Source of the DNA: the human T2T-CHM13v2.0 reference genome, Homo sapiens
Strand: one strand, 5' to 3'
Length of the DNA: 64,000 bases
Assembly (NCBI RefSeq): GCF_009914755.1
Contig: NC_060936.1
Within the stretch, counting starts at the first letter, position 1, and each line of letters starts with the position of its first letter. Both the position numbers and the translations under genes were made by a program. The notes below the pieces were generated by a model. The model saw only the letters and a list, made by a program, of their open reading frames with translations, was not told where the DNA came from and did not search any database. Below are positions 32,895 to 46,944 of this stretch, piece by piece.

Positions 32895-34253
32895 ATCCAT
32901 AAATCACAATTGTCTCACTTTTCTTCTTTGATTCTTTTGCTCTAACTCCTAGCAACAAAATCTCCCATGATGCAGTGTTAACTCCACCAGTGCACACAAA
33001 GATCATGACAAATATTACAGGACATAGAATGGTGCCTGGCTCATAGCACTTTAGAAATTAAAAAACAATATTAAAAAAAAAACCACCTATGCAGTTCAAC
33101 TGTAACTTAGACTTCTTTAGAAGCTATTTTACTTAGCTAACTCGTGGCTAGTGAAATCACTACAGCAGTGGACATGTTTGGGGGCCTCCTTTCCCATCCC
33201 TCTCCTGGATTGTCTCTAATTAAATTCTTTCATGTCTTTATCTGTATCTTCCTAGCTTTCGTCTATCATGGGGGAAAAGGTGTTATTCACACTCACTAAA
33301 ACTCCTTTTTTTTTTTAATCTAAATCCTTGCTTTTATCACTCTTCTTATTCCAGAACTTTGCTTCCAAATTTATTATCTTCCTGTCTAGCACCACATGCC
33401 TCTTCGATTGCGCTTGTTCTCCTCTGCATGCAAATACACGCAGGGCTTGACTGTTCCGAAAATCAAAACAAAAAGAGAACAAAGTACTTCATTTTATTCA
33501 ACTGTACTTTCTCCCAGACAATCTGGTTTTCTCCTTTCTGCAACTGTACAAAATTGTAAAACAAGTAATGTGAAATATTCAGTAAAGTTTTTATCTCTGG
33601 TTTGTAGTCAGCATTTGTTGGGGGGGAAAAAAGTTAAATACTTTTAGTTTCCCAGTTGTCTCAAACCTGTGACTCTTATTTCTTGTCCCAGTATCAGCAG
33701 ACTATTTGGTTCCTATTTTGCAATAATAGTATTTATTTATCAGAACTCCCTCAACTCACTACTTCCAAGATTGCAAATTCACCTACATTTGCTCCCACCA
33801 TTTTCCCTTCCTTCTCTATTACAATGAAAGCTTTTTATCAAGGGCGCCCCGTAAAGTCTTTGTTCACTTCTGCCCCTTCTAATTCCCACTTTAACAATAT
33901 TTGTCACATAAATCTTCTTCAATAATTCCAAAATTTCTCAGTTCATCTTTCTGACTTCCAATCAAGTCATCACAATTACATGGAGAATGGTTCTTTAAAG
34001 CACAAAATGGTCCTATAATAATAATGCCTTTGCTTAAAATCCCTTAACTACTTATTATTTTATTCAGGCTTTTAATCTCAATATATTTTAGTTCTCTGAA
34101 AAATAGCCATAAACAATTTATTTAAATAGTATACATATTTCATTATTAAACATGGACATTTTGTTCTAGCCTTAGTATTCTCTTAAAATTCGATTTCCAA
34201 AGCTATAAAATTATTTGTGATAACTTTTATTTTGCACTATTTGATAAAAGTAA

Positions 34254-35899
34254 TGTGCCTGGAATTGGTGGTTTGTTGGTCTCACTGACTTCAAGAAAGA
34301 AGCCGCAGACCCTCGCGGTGAGTGTTACAGCTCTTAAGGCAGCGCGTCTGGAGTTGTTCATTCCTCCTGGTGGGCTCGTGGTCTTGCTGGGCTCAGGAGT
34401 GAAGCTGCAGATTTTCGCAGTGAGTGTTACAGCTCATAAAAGCAGTGTGGACCCAAAGAGTGAGCAGTAGCAAGATTTATTGCAAAGAGCGAAACAACAA
34501 TGCTTCCACAGTGTGGAAGGGGACCCCAGCAGGTTGCCAATGCTGGCTCTGGCAGCCTGCTTTTATTCTCTTATCTGGCCCCACCCACATCCTGCTGATT
34601 GGTAGAGCCGAGTGGCCTGTTTTGTCAGGGTGCTGATTGGTGCATTTACAATCCCTGAGCTAGATACAAAGGTTCTCCACCTCCCCATCAGATTAGTTAG
34701 ATACAGAGTTTCGACATACAGGTTCTCCAAGGCCCCACGAGAGCAGCTAGATACAGAGTGTGGATTGGTGCATTCACAAACCTTGAGCTAAACACAGGGT
34801 GCTGATTGGTGCATTCACAAACCTTGAGCTAAACACAGGGTGCCGACTGGTTTGTTTACAATCCCTGAGCTAGACATAAAGACTCTCCAAGGCCCCACCA
34901 GAGCAGCTAGATACAGAGTGTCAATTGGTGCACTCACAAACCTTGAGCTAAACACAGGGTGCTGACTGGTTTGTTTACAATCCCTGAGCTAGACATAAAG
35001 ACTCTCCAAGGCCCCACCAGAGCAGCTAGATACAGAGTGTCAATTGGTGCACTCACAAACCTTGAGCTAAATACAGGGTGCTGACTGGTTTGTTTACAAT
35101 CCCTGAGCTAGACATAAAGGTTCTCCAAGGCCCCACCAGAGCAGCTAGATACAGAGTGTCGATTGGTGCACTCACAAACCTTGAGCTAAACACAGGGTGC
35201 TGATTGGTGTATTTACAATCCCTGAGCTAGACATAAAAACTCTCCACGTCCCCACCAGACTCAGGAGCCCAGCTGGCTTCACCTAGTGGATCCCACACCA
35301 GGGCTGCAGGTGGAGCTGCCTGCCAGTCCCGTGCCATGCGCTCGCACTCCTCAGCCCTTGGGCGGTCGATGGGACTGGGCGCCGTGGAGCAGGGGGCGGC
35401 ATTCGTCAGGGAGGCTCCAGTTGCACAGGAACTCATGGAGGTGGGGGACGGCTCAGGCATGGTGGGCTGCAGGTCCCGAGGCCTGCCCGGTGGGAAGGCA
35501 GCTAAGGCCCAGCGAGAAATCGAGCGCAGCGCCGGTGGGCTGGCACTGCTGGGGGTCCCAGTACACCCTCCGCAGCCGCTGGCCCGGGTGCTAAGCCCCT
35601 CACTGCCTGGGGCCCGCAGGGCCGGCCAGCGGCTCCGAGTGCGGGGCCCGCCAAGCCCAGAACTCCAGCTGGCCCGCAAGCGCTGCGCGCAGCCCCAGTT
35701 CCTGCTCGCGCCTCTCCCTCCACACCTCCCTGCAAGCTGAGGGAGCCGGTTCTGGCCTTGGCCAGCCCAGAAAGGGGCTCCCACAGTGCAGTGGCGGGCC
35801 AAAGGGCTCCTCAAGTGCCGCCGAAGTGGGAGCCCAGGCAGAGGAAGCGCCCAGAGCGAGCGAGGGCTGTGAGGACTGCCAGCACGCTGTCACCTCTCA
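34254..35899 (-). mobile_element. LTR12C-type ERV9 solo LTR
   Basis: Antisense termini (TGAGAGGTGACAGCGTGC... to ...CCAATTCCAGGCACA), exact 4-bp TSD GTAA at 34250-34253 and 35900-35903, GC-rich U3 and tandem CCAAT/GATA enhancer repeats. Confidence 0.96.
34545..35245 (-). promoter_or_regulatory. ERV9 LTR enhancer/promoter: tandem NF-Y (CCAAT)/GATA repeats and AATAAAA TATA-like box
   Basis: Multiple ATTGG and AGATA motifs in 41/119-bp repeat units; 'gcttttattc' at about 34559-34568 is the antisense TATA-like element. Activity is inferred from the family, not shown. Confidence 0.7.
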
Positions 35900-36649
35900 G
35901 TAACAGCCAAAGGTTAAAATATTTTCTTGTAAAAAAGGCAGATAAAGACAAGTTTAAGTTGTAGATATCTAATTTTCCCTGGAAAAGAAAATATTTCCCT
36001 AGTGAAGTAAAGAAAATTTAAATATACAGTAAAAGAACTTTACAGAAGATGTGACCCCAATGAAGGAAATAGAAAAGATAAACATGGAAGTTTAAGTAAT
36101 ACTTTATTTTCACCATTGACAAGGTGACTTAGGCTTTCGAATCCTACAAAAAGCTCTGAATATTTAAGAATAACATTAGCTTGTGAATATTTAAGAATCA
36201 TAATAATTATGTCCTGGAGAGTTTATTTCTGTACAACAGTGGGAGGCAAGATTTTATGTAGCTCAATCTTTGAAGCACGGTAATAGTATGATTTTGCACG
36301 TGATATGCAAATGTGTATGTGTATATACTTATATATTTACACAAAATGTTACTAAAAGAAAAAATACATTTTATATAGAATTTTACCTTACATATTATTT
36401 TATTTAAACTACATTTGAGTCTGTGCACATTAAGGGAGAAAACTGTAAAAGCAAGTTAGTTGCAGAATGATTAAGAAACAAAATCTGAGTGTAGACTTTC
36501 CAAATCCCTTGTGGATTGATAATGCTATGAATGTGTGAGAGACTAAAGAGATTTCCATTGAAAAACTCTAAGAAACCAGGAGGAGGGTCTGATCCTAAAA
36601 GACAGAGTTGGTGCTGATAAGATTTGGGTTTGTTGCACCTTTGACTACT

Positions 36650-37910
36650 ATCAACTCATACACAGGTGGTTTATGAAAACCCAATGCAATTTTAACAAAA
36701 GAAAAAAAGGGAGGATCGTTCATCCTATCTATTCAGACACACTATAAAGCCACATTAATACAAGCATGTTACCAACATACATAAATAAAACAGAAAGGAG
36801 AGGTCATTTAAATATGAGAGCTTGATGTTTGATAAACATGACATCAAAAATCAGTGCAGAAATAATGGATTTTAAAGTCAGTGATGGGAAAAAATGATTT
36901 ACTATGTGAAAACATATATATAAAGATATGTGGATGTAATTGATAGGTTGTTATATAAATACATACATGCATAAATACATGCACACAACTAGTAGAAGAC
37001 GGTGAACAGAAGAGGGTGTAGGGCAATAGGTCATGCTTTGGAGAAAAACTTAATAAAAGCCCTAAAGGGTAAAAAGCAAAAGTTAAAAAAAAATCAATGG
37101 GTTTAACTGTATCAAAATAATGATTTCTATTCAATGAAGTACAAAATTATGCAATTCACAGCAGTAAAAATCTAAATGGTTAATAAACATAAAATATTTA
37201 ACTTATTCATGAAGAACAAAAATACAATAAAAATGTATTATTTTTCATGTTTAAATCATCAAATATTATAAAATGGGATAATATTTATTTCTTACAGGTT
37301 TGTCCTGAGATGGCAACTTGTATATAGCATTGGAAGTCAGGTAAATTTGCTGCAATCTTTCTGAAAACCGATTTAATGTTATACATCAGCAACTTTTATA
37401 TGTTCATAATTTATGACCTAGGAATTCTATTTCTAGAATTCTGTCATAAAGGAAGCATCAAAACAAGCATAAACAAGTTTCTCATAACATCATTTATTAT
37501 AATAAACACTGGAAGAAACCTAAAACCTCAAAAATATGGCAAAGCTTAAATAATTAATGATGGTCTTTCAGATAAAGCTGTGAAAAATTGTTTTGGAGAA
37601 ATTTTAATGAATTTTTAAAATTCTTATATTAAGTTGGAAAAAACATACTGAGAAACCTGTTGTGTTGAAATAAAACAGTAATCATGGTAATCTATTTATT
37701 CTGGAAGTCAACTAGTAGACTGTAAGCAAGAAATGAGAATATTGTATTTTACCTCTAAATACTCAACAGTCCAGCAGTTAGTATATCTATACCAATCACT
37801 CAATAAGTGGTTATTAAGAGAAAAAAATTGAATTTAAATTTATTTATATTTTCTATACTTTTATGTAATCTGGAAATTATCACCAATGAGTGCATATCCT
37901 TTTTATAATC
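36650..37910 (+). mobile_element. Ancient L1ME fragments with a small L2 piece
   Basis: Degenerate L1 3' motifs ('ttatgacctaggaattctatttctagaatt', 'actggaagaaacctaaa'). Confidence 0.45.
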
Positions 37911-38054
37911 ATAACACATAGTACTATTTAAAACATATATATGTTACAACTCCCTGTAAGGGTTGGGAATAAATATGCTCTTTGCTTTTCTTTGCTGGAG
38001 TATAGTTAAAGAATCAGAAAATTTATAGAATACTCTGATCTTTTCAGTAAATTT

Positions 38055-38358
38055 ATTTATTTATTTATTTATTTTTGAGACGAATCTCGCTCTGTCGCCC
38101 AGGCTGGAGTGCAGTGGCGCGATCTCGGCTCACTGCAAGCTCTGCCTCCTGGGGTTCAGTTCATTCTCCTGCTTCAGCCTCCTGTGTAGCTGGGACTACA
38201 AGCGCATGCCACCAGGCCCAGCTATTTTTTTTGTATTTTTAGTAGAGACGGGGTTTTACCGTGTTAGCCAGGATGGTCTCCATCTACTGACCTCGTGATC
38301 CGCCCGCCTCGGCCTCCCAGAGTGCTGGGATTACAGGCGTGAGCCACTGTGCCTGGCC
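38055..38358 (-). mobile_element. AluY with (TTTA)n tail
   Basis: Y diagnostics (cactgcaagctc, ccgtgttagccaggatgg); TSD tcttttcagtaaattt / tcttttcaataaattt. Confidence 0.93.
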
Positions 38359-41328
38359 TCTTTTCAATAAATTTCTACCTGAAAATGTCTCTTTTATATA
38401 TTGGTAAATAAATATGTCCATGAGAATTTAGAAATGAAGAGAGCTTGTTTGTCCTTTAGTTTGGGTCAATAGAGACAAACAATTTTTAATATATTAACTC
38501 AGCTTTCTCTTTTGGGTTTGTTAGGAATTTTTAATACAAAACACTTTTACATTCATGAACTTGATACAGCTCAAATAATGAAATTATATAATATTTAATG
38601 TAAAAGCTTTCTAATTTACAACTGAACTGTTTTTTGTTCAACATATTACACAACAATATAAAAGGTATTTGCTTTGGGACAATATGCCAAATTATATCTT
38701 CTATATTGAGCTATAATTACATAAAGGAGTATATTTTACTTCTGTGTGCAAACTGAGATAAAATTGTTTAAATATTTAGCATTCTGTTTTTATTCCCATT
38801 TACCTAAGTAATAAGTACTGTGTCAGAAAATCAAGTGGAAGAGGAGACTGGAAATAGGCAAAGAATCTGCAACAAAAATCAATATTTAATAAACTTTGCA
38901 TTTTAAGAAAAGAATGAGTATATGCCCTTTGCAGTAGATTTAACTCAAACTTATCAATTTCAGACCTGAATTTCAATTTGCTGAGCAAACTTTCTCTATT
39001 TGGACATGTTTTCTTCTTTTCTGGCTCAGCTTCATCTCTACTGATGCCTAAAGGATTTGTGTGAGTTGGGTTACATTTACAAAGCACCCAGTGTGAAATG
39101 GCATTTTATTCTCTGTGCATCCAATTTTTTTCTATTCTTTTTCTTTGTTGTTAGTTGGAAATTGACAGGAGTTTCACACTGTGATGCAGGTCATCAAAAA
39201 TACCTATCATGGAATACATACATACTTTCTTTGATTAAAAAGTAAATTGTAGCAGAAACTGGTTGTCAGCTTCTGACCATCCAGATATTGTCACGAAATT
39301 TAAAAAATGAAACAGACTTAGGAAACTCCATCATCACTTAAAGTAAAATAATAAATTGTACATGGCCATTCAAATCAGTAATTCTGAAATTGATCAAAAT
39401 CTGTCTAGGTATATATAGAGTACATATTTTTAAATGGAATGGGAAAGACAGAAAAACAAAAAACAAAAAACAGAGAAGGGTGGTTCCTTCATGACAAGAA
39501 CAAATGTGAAGTGATTGTTTTAACCAAGAAGTGATAGCACTACTAAGCAGCTTCAAGTTACATATATAATCAACTAGTAAACATTTTGTTGTTAAAAAGC
39601 ATTAGCTTGCATTGTAGCTTTTAAAAAATATATATAACCTGCCATGTAGCAAAAGATCCCCCCTCCTCATCCCCCACTCTAAATTTTTATGAAATCTGTT
39701 TCACTTGCATTTCATAAACTGAGTATAAAATAAAGTTGTACTGCAAAAAATAGCAAATCAAGTCAAATGGGAGCTACTGAGAGATAAAAAGTTATGTTAG
39801 ATATGATCCTCGATTAGGAGTATTTATAAGTCATTTGTTTCAGTCTAAGGAGGGATATCTAAGAACAAGTAAATCAATTCAAAACAGTGGGGAACTTGCT
39901 CTAAATTAGCTATTTACTATGTGCTATAGGGTCATAGAAGAGAGACTCAAATTCAATCTCGTGGGAGCAGAAAAGTAAGCAGTAATTGACATTAACTCTT
40001 TTTAATTCTACTTTTCAACCCTTTACAATTTATCAAGTGATAGTGCAATGTGTTGGTCCTCTTTAACTCATTCACGCCCAGGGGCTCACTAACAGTGAGA
40101 GGTGTGACATATAGACCATCTCAAAGGGTTGCTAGAGGAAAGAGATAATGTTAAGCTGGTCTTTGTAACTGAAAGAGTCTTGTAATTACTTTCATAGATA
40201 AGAATCATTTATCATGAGCTCATTTATTTTTTATCAGTGATATTTTCAAGCCTTTAAAAGTTTGCTAAACTTCACTCTTGAGTATAATAAATAATTTCCT
40301 TGTTTACATTACCAATTTGCTTGGAAAATGGTTTCTATTTTACACATCATAGAAAGTCAATTCCAGTTCATACTATGGTTATCATGAGCTACAAATCAGT
40401 AGTACTCTAAAATACATTGTACTTAATGAATGATATGCTCCTTGGTATAGAAATATTTCTGCTTTTACATTTGTGTTCTTCTCACCAAATCAATGACACA
40501 GTATTTGAGTGGATGTATCTTCTAGTTGATTTTGTTGTTGTTGTTTTGTTTTGAAAGACAAATTATCCTCTATTTTCATCTGACCTCTGCATATGGATGT
40601 GTGATATATGTCAGGATGACTGTACAATTCTGTTATAAACTGTTTCTACTGTAATAAGAAAACAATGAAACATACTCTAACATATCATGCCATATTTCTT
40701 CACATATTAAAATATTTTTCTCATTTTAATACTTCTCAAATCAAGATTCATCCTAAATTGCTACGTGCACTGATGCAATTTTGCAGACAAAATGTACAAT
40801 CAAGGTTTATGATATATCTTATATTAATGGAATCTTAGAATTGATAACATGCAGGATTCACAAGAATATCTGCCTATAGGTGAAAAGTCAACATCAACTC
40901 CTGTGACTTCCTAAAGAGAAATTTATGTATGTTCTGCATTGCTGCAATATTTCATTAATCTATTTTAATTACTTATGAAACTCTAGAATAAATCTATTTT
41001 TAAATAAACTTTTTTTAAATCTTAGCCCCAAAGTAGGTTTAAATTCAGTCATGAGAATTATTCTTTTCCAGAATCAGTGTTTTGCTCCAGTGTGTAAGCA
41101 CACAAGAATTCAAACTTTACGGCAATAGAAATAGATTAGATATAAAGATTCTTTAGCATACTTCAAATAAATCGAAGCCTTGAAACATCTAATTAAATAA
41201 AAACAGTTGAAATTTTTAAAAAATCAGCAAATTATAAATATACCTTAGGAGAATTTGATTGCCTCTATTGTACAAGAATCCATAATTTGTAGGAAATTGA
41301 CAAGGAGACAGAATAGGCAGTTGCAGGG

Positions 41329-41670
41329 TTTTTGTTTGTTTGGTTGGTTGGTTGGTTGGTTGGTTGGGTTTGGTTTGGTTTGGTTTTCGAGACGGAGTCT
41401 CATTCTGTTGCCCATGCTGGAGTGCAGTGGTGCAATGTGGGCGCACTGCAACCTCTGCCTCCCGGGCTAAAGCGATTCTCCTGCCTCAGCCTCCCAAGTA
41501 GGTAAGATTACAGGCATACGCCAACGTGCCCCACTAATTTTTGTATTTTTAGTAGAGACAGGGTTTCACCATGTTGCCCAGGCTGGTCTCGAATTCCTGA
41601 TCTCATGTGATCCACCTGCCTTGGCCTCCCAAAGTGCTGGGATTACAGGTGTGAGCCACCGCACCAGGAC
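41329..41670 (-). mobile_element. AluS with compound (GTTT)(GGTT)(GGTTT) microsatellite tail
   Basis: Antisense dimer whose tail has become a microsatellite. Confidence 0.92.
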
Positions 41671-42804
41671 AGCAGCCTCTTTTATTTATTTGTTGTTGCT
41701 ATTTACTTACTGATCTCACCCGATTCATTTTCTACCTTAGGAAGATTACAGAATCTGAGACTGCCAGTCGACCAATGATTTCAACAGTTGACATACTTCT
41801 GTTAGATGAATTTGAATTGAGGAATGGTGGTGTGAGGGATGAAAGCTAAGGGATCAAGATTCCAAGAAGCAATGACAAGTTTTACCTTGAGGAAAGGAAT
41901 TCAGGGTCTAACTCTTCCCGCACATTTTGTGAAGACATGAGGTTCTTCCACCAGCTCAGAATAGAACTTCAACTATTTTTCTCCCTTCGTTTTCTGATAT
42001 TAATTTTACTTCTCTATTTTTCTCCTATTTTTACAGTATTCTCACTGTAACTCAACATTTTAACCTCCATCCTTTGTGGAGCTAATTTTAGTTTATTGCT
42101 ATAATAAAAATGAAGACAGGAGAACTTAGAATTTGATATAAACTGATATACCTATTCTTTTAAGGTGAATTAATCTAAGATGTTATTATTAATTGATTAT
42201 GTCTGTATTCCTTTCTCCAGAGCTCTGAAACCATGCCAGCCTCTCTGAATTTTCAAATTAAAATACAAAACATAGAATCTAACAGCATTACTTGGATATA
42301 TTTATAAGCTATTAAATCTTTAAAGGAGACCATTAGCTGCATTGTCCCTATAGGAATAGATGAAATCAGAATCTTATAGTAGAGTTCCATTCGAAAATTC
42401 TATTAATATCTCTTCCTACCTTGAGTCAGATCTTATACAGCTGGGATTTTAAACTAAAATTTTATAGGTATAACTTGGAGAATGATTGAAGGAAGACACT
42501 TAAAAAAAAAAGAATAAAACTACTGCAATCCAGAGTTTAAAAAAAAATCAAATTCTTTTCTCTGGCCTCATCAAGCTATGTAACCTTAAATAATTCTGGC
42601 TCTTGGTTTCTGCATATAGTAATGAAGGCTATTATATTATTACCTTCTGTATACAGAAACATAAAAATTAATCCCTTAAAATTATATTACTTATGATTAA
42701 TACACTAATTTCATTTTACTTTTGCTAGAACATATTAGTTTTCAATGGATTAAATATCTAAGAATGTGGTAATTTTTACTTTGTTACGTTGTGAAAGCCA
42801 ATGT

Positions 42805-42882
42805 CTTTCTCTCTCCATCCCTCTCTCTGTCTTCGTCTGTGTGTCTCTTTCTCTCTCCCTCTCCTTTCTCTCTCTCAACCTC
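42805..42882. repeat. Degenerate (TC)n low-complexity tract
   Basis: Visible CT-rich run. Confidence 0.8.
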
Positions 42883-43532
42883 TATATATCTGTGTCATAT
42901 TTATTTACTGGAATAGAAAGTAGGCATTCCAAGTAAAGCTTGAGTTGATAATAGGTAAATGTCTCACAAATACACAAGACAAATAAGTTATATTTCCTCA
43001 TAGAATTTCAGTACTGTTAGCAGTTTTTATTCCTTCTTGATGTTAAATTTCCATTTGAAATGAGAAAGTGGCTTTTCTAGAACTATAATTAATAATCAAA
43101 ATATTTGAGGCTGTATTATATCAGTGTCAAAAAATAAAAATTGTTTTCAGCTTTCCAAAATGATTTTTGCTGGCAGATAAGCTTTTTTTGTTGCAAACTT
43201 GTGTAAGTTCACTCTTTGAGCTGATTTTTTCAATCAGTAATGTTCTGCTGATTTTGTGAAACAAGTTGTTGTTATTTTTGGCATTTTTGTGAAAGAGCTT
43301 GAAGGAAACAATCATTTACATACTCTACTTTCTATCTGATAATTTCTAAAGCTATTAGATTAAGAGAATAAGAAAAAATAGCAAAATCAAAAATTTATAC
43401 TTATTCCAACTGTCAAAACTTATATGCATCATCAAATATCCTAATATATTTAAGAAGAAATGACCAAGCTTTTAATCATGCCATTGTTTCTTACATATTC
43501 AAAATGGGAAATATACCAAATGTCATGCATCC

Positions 43533-43979
43533 TATTCTATGAGTTTAATTGTTATCTTCCAAAAAACTGTTTAAATTTTAACCCTATGTACCTGTGAAGA
43601 TGACCTTACCTGAAAATAAGTTCTTTGTAGATTTTAATAAGGTTAAGATGAGGTCATTAGGGTGAACCTTAATCCAATATGACAGATGTCCTTATAAAAA
43701 GAGAAGAGATGCAGACACATGAGAGGAGAACGCCATATGGCAATAGAGCCAGAGATTAGAATGCTGAAGATGCAAGTCAAATGATATTACCAAATGGCAG
43801 CAAACCACCAGTAGCTGGGAAGAAGGAAGAGTTCTCCTCTACAGGTTTCAAGAGCATGGTCCTGCCATCACCTTGATTTCAGACTTCTAGCCTTCAGAAC
43901 TGTGAGACAATAACTTTCTGTTATTTTAAATCACCTAGTGTATGATACTTGTTATGGCAGCCATTAGGAAATTGACAGA
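43533..43979 (+). mobile_element. MLT1C/B-type MaLR LTR
   Basis: 'ttaagatgaggtcattagggtg...aatccaatatgac', 'ttcagacttctagccttcagaactgtgagacaata'. Confidence 0.87.
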
Positions 43980-44099
43980 TATCTGGTCTTTATCAAAAAT
44001 AAATGTAGTTTTAATTCTGATTTAAATTAGGTTTGGTTTAAAACTGAATATAATGATGTCCAACACTTCACTTGAATAGTAAGTTAAGAAACGCTGTTA

Positions 44100-44406
<307 letters not shown>

Positions 44407-44519
44407 AAGAAATGCTGTTATGTTTTGATTATGGGAATAAAGCCTATATTATTTTTAACAAATTTTTTCAATGTTCTATGTAACAATTTTAAATTAAATA
44501 CCTCTTAAAATAATATATA

Positions 44520-44846
44520 TAGTCATTCGTTGGTATCCATGTGATATTGGTTCAAAGACTCCCCATGAACACCAAAATCTGCAAATGTTCAAGTCTTTTA
44601 TGTTAAGTGGTGCAGTACTTGCATATAATCTATGCATATCCTCCTCTATACTTACGTTTATCACTAGATTATTTAGAATACCTAATACAATATAAATTAT
44701 ATGTAAATAGTTTCTATGCTGTATTATTACATTTGTAATTTTTCTTGTTGTATTGTTATCTTTTATTGTTGTTGTTTTTTAATATTTTCAATCTGTGATT
44801 TGTTGAATCCAGGGATGCGATATCAGTGGATATGGAGGGGTGACTG
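44520..44846 (+). mobile_element. MER2 (TcMar-Tigger) non-autonomous DNA transposon
   Basis: Degenerate TIRs '(c)agtc...ggtatcc' / 'ggatatggaggggtgactg' and MER2 internal sequence. Confidence 0.85.
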
Positions 44847-45059
44847 CACTTACTTACTTTTATATAAAGTTGTTCACATTCACCCTTTACCCATCTTTAA
44901 AAGAAATTGTTTTACTTTCAGATGTACATTATATCTTTAATGTATATCTCTCCTCTATCGAGGAAGATGGAAAGATACATATTGCAAGAAAGGTTGAATT
45001 CATATTGATTAGGTAAGAAAGTCTAATTTCCAAATTAGAACTTGATAAAAGAATACAAT

Positions 45060-45925
45060 TAGAGATTATAATCACTTTGAGAAAAAGATCTGGCAGTGTC
45101 CTATAAACCTCAAGATTCACCTCTTATGACCCTACAGTTCCACTCCTAGGAAATTACTCAAGAGAAACAGAAACATAGGTCTACACACACTTATCAAGAA
45201 AGTTAATAGCAGATTTAAGCAAAATAGGCAAAAACTGAAATCTTCCTAAATTGTCATCATCAGAATGGATAAACAATGTGTATATAATAAAAAACTGTTT
45301 AGCAATAAAAATGAAGTAATTATTGATATATACAATAACATGGATTAGTCTCATATAAACCATGCTAAATGAAGGAAGTCTTACACAAAAGAATACATGT
45401 AGTATACTTTCATTGATAGGAATTTCTAAAAGAGACAAAATTAATAAAAATATTGATTACCTCTGGGGTTGGGTGGTGAAGTGTTTGACAGTAAAAAAAG
45501 TATGAAGGTATGAAGGTTTTTCCTTTGTGATGATAAAGCATGTTTTGTACCTTGACAGGTGTTGGATTGAACAGGCATATGCAATTGTCAAAATTAATGT
45601 AATAATATGCCTAGGATTTGTGCATTTTATTCTGTGGAAGTTTAATTGTAAAGTGAATTGTAAACAAATAATGACCTTTACATATATACATGCTAAGGTA
45701 TGTAGGGGAACAGTGCAGCGATTCTACAAATATTTTTGAAATGTAGAAAATAATAAGATGATTGAACTATAGACAGATAAAGGGATACGTGATAAAGAAA
45801 GTATAGTACAATGTAGCAAAATATAAATTAGGTACATTGTAATATTAGTGAGTATAAGGGTATTATGAAATTCTATTTTTCAGTATGTTTGAAAATTTTC
45901 ATAACAAAATGTTGAAAAATTTTAA
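45060..45925 (+). mobile_element. Old L1MC/L1ME 3' fragment
   Basis: 'tatgaccctacagttccactcctagg', 3' end 'tttgaaaattttcataacaaaatgttg'. Confidence 0.7.
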
Positions 45926-46594
45926 TAAGAAAAACTTACACACACATATGCAGAAATCATTTTTAGAATGATTTTTCTAGTAGATTCAATGAAAAATGTC
46001 ACTTCTATGTCCAGAATTCTTCAATCATATTGATCCAGAGCCATTCATGATAATTCTTTAAAATAGAGATACTCTTTGAATTCAAAACAGGTAACTGTCA
46101 GTTAAGATAGTTTGCTTATTAAAAGGTTCTGCTAAATGTCTGTATTTATTATAATAACTGTATTAGATTTGTCTCATAATAATTATGAGAAATTATCTTT
46201 ATAGTGTTGTGGCAAATGTATACTTATTAACTAGCAGCATTGGCATGAATTACATAAAATAAACTATTTATTTCTACATTGCTACATTGTTTATAATCTT
46301 ATTTTAATCTTACTTAATACATGTTTTATATAGTGGATTTAAAATAAATGTTTGTGGAAGAAAAGGATGGAGAGATGCATTCCATTTAAAGTGATAATAA
46401 GAATTATTACTATCTAGCCATGAGCTGGAACTAATCAAAAGGGTCTACTTAGATGCAAATGGGGTGGAGAAATGCTGTCTATGCTCGGGCAACTGCTTTT
46501 CAGCAACAATTTTATATTAAATAGAGGAAGGTCACAGTTTTCTGTAGAAAATTAGACATCTTGCCCACATTTATTTTGTTTTGAAATATTTTAA

Positions 46595-46944
<350 letters not shown>

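Noticed and set aside
34620-35245. Repeat array superficially like CRISPR
   Set aside because: There are no unique spacers. These are the known ERV9 LTR enhancer repeats in a primate genome.
34255-35964. Multiple ORFs up to 195 aa
   Set aside because: They lie inside the LTR12C solo LTR; GC-rich artefacts, with no gag/pol/env sequence between the TSDs.
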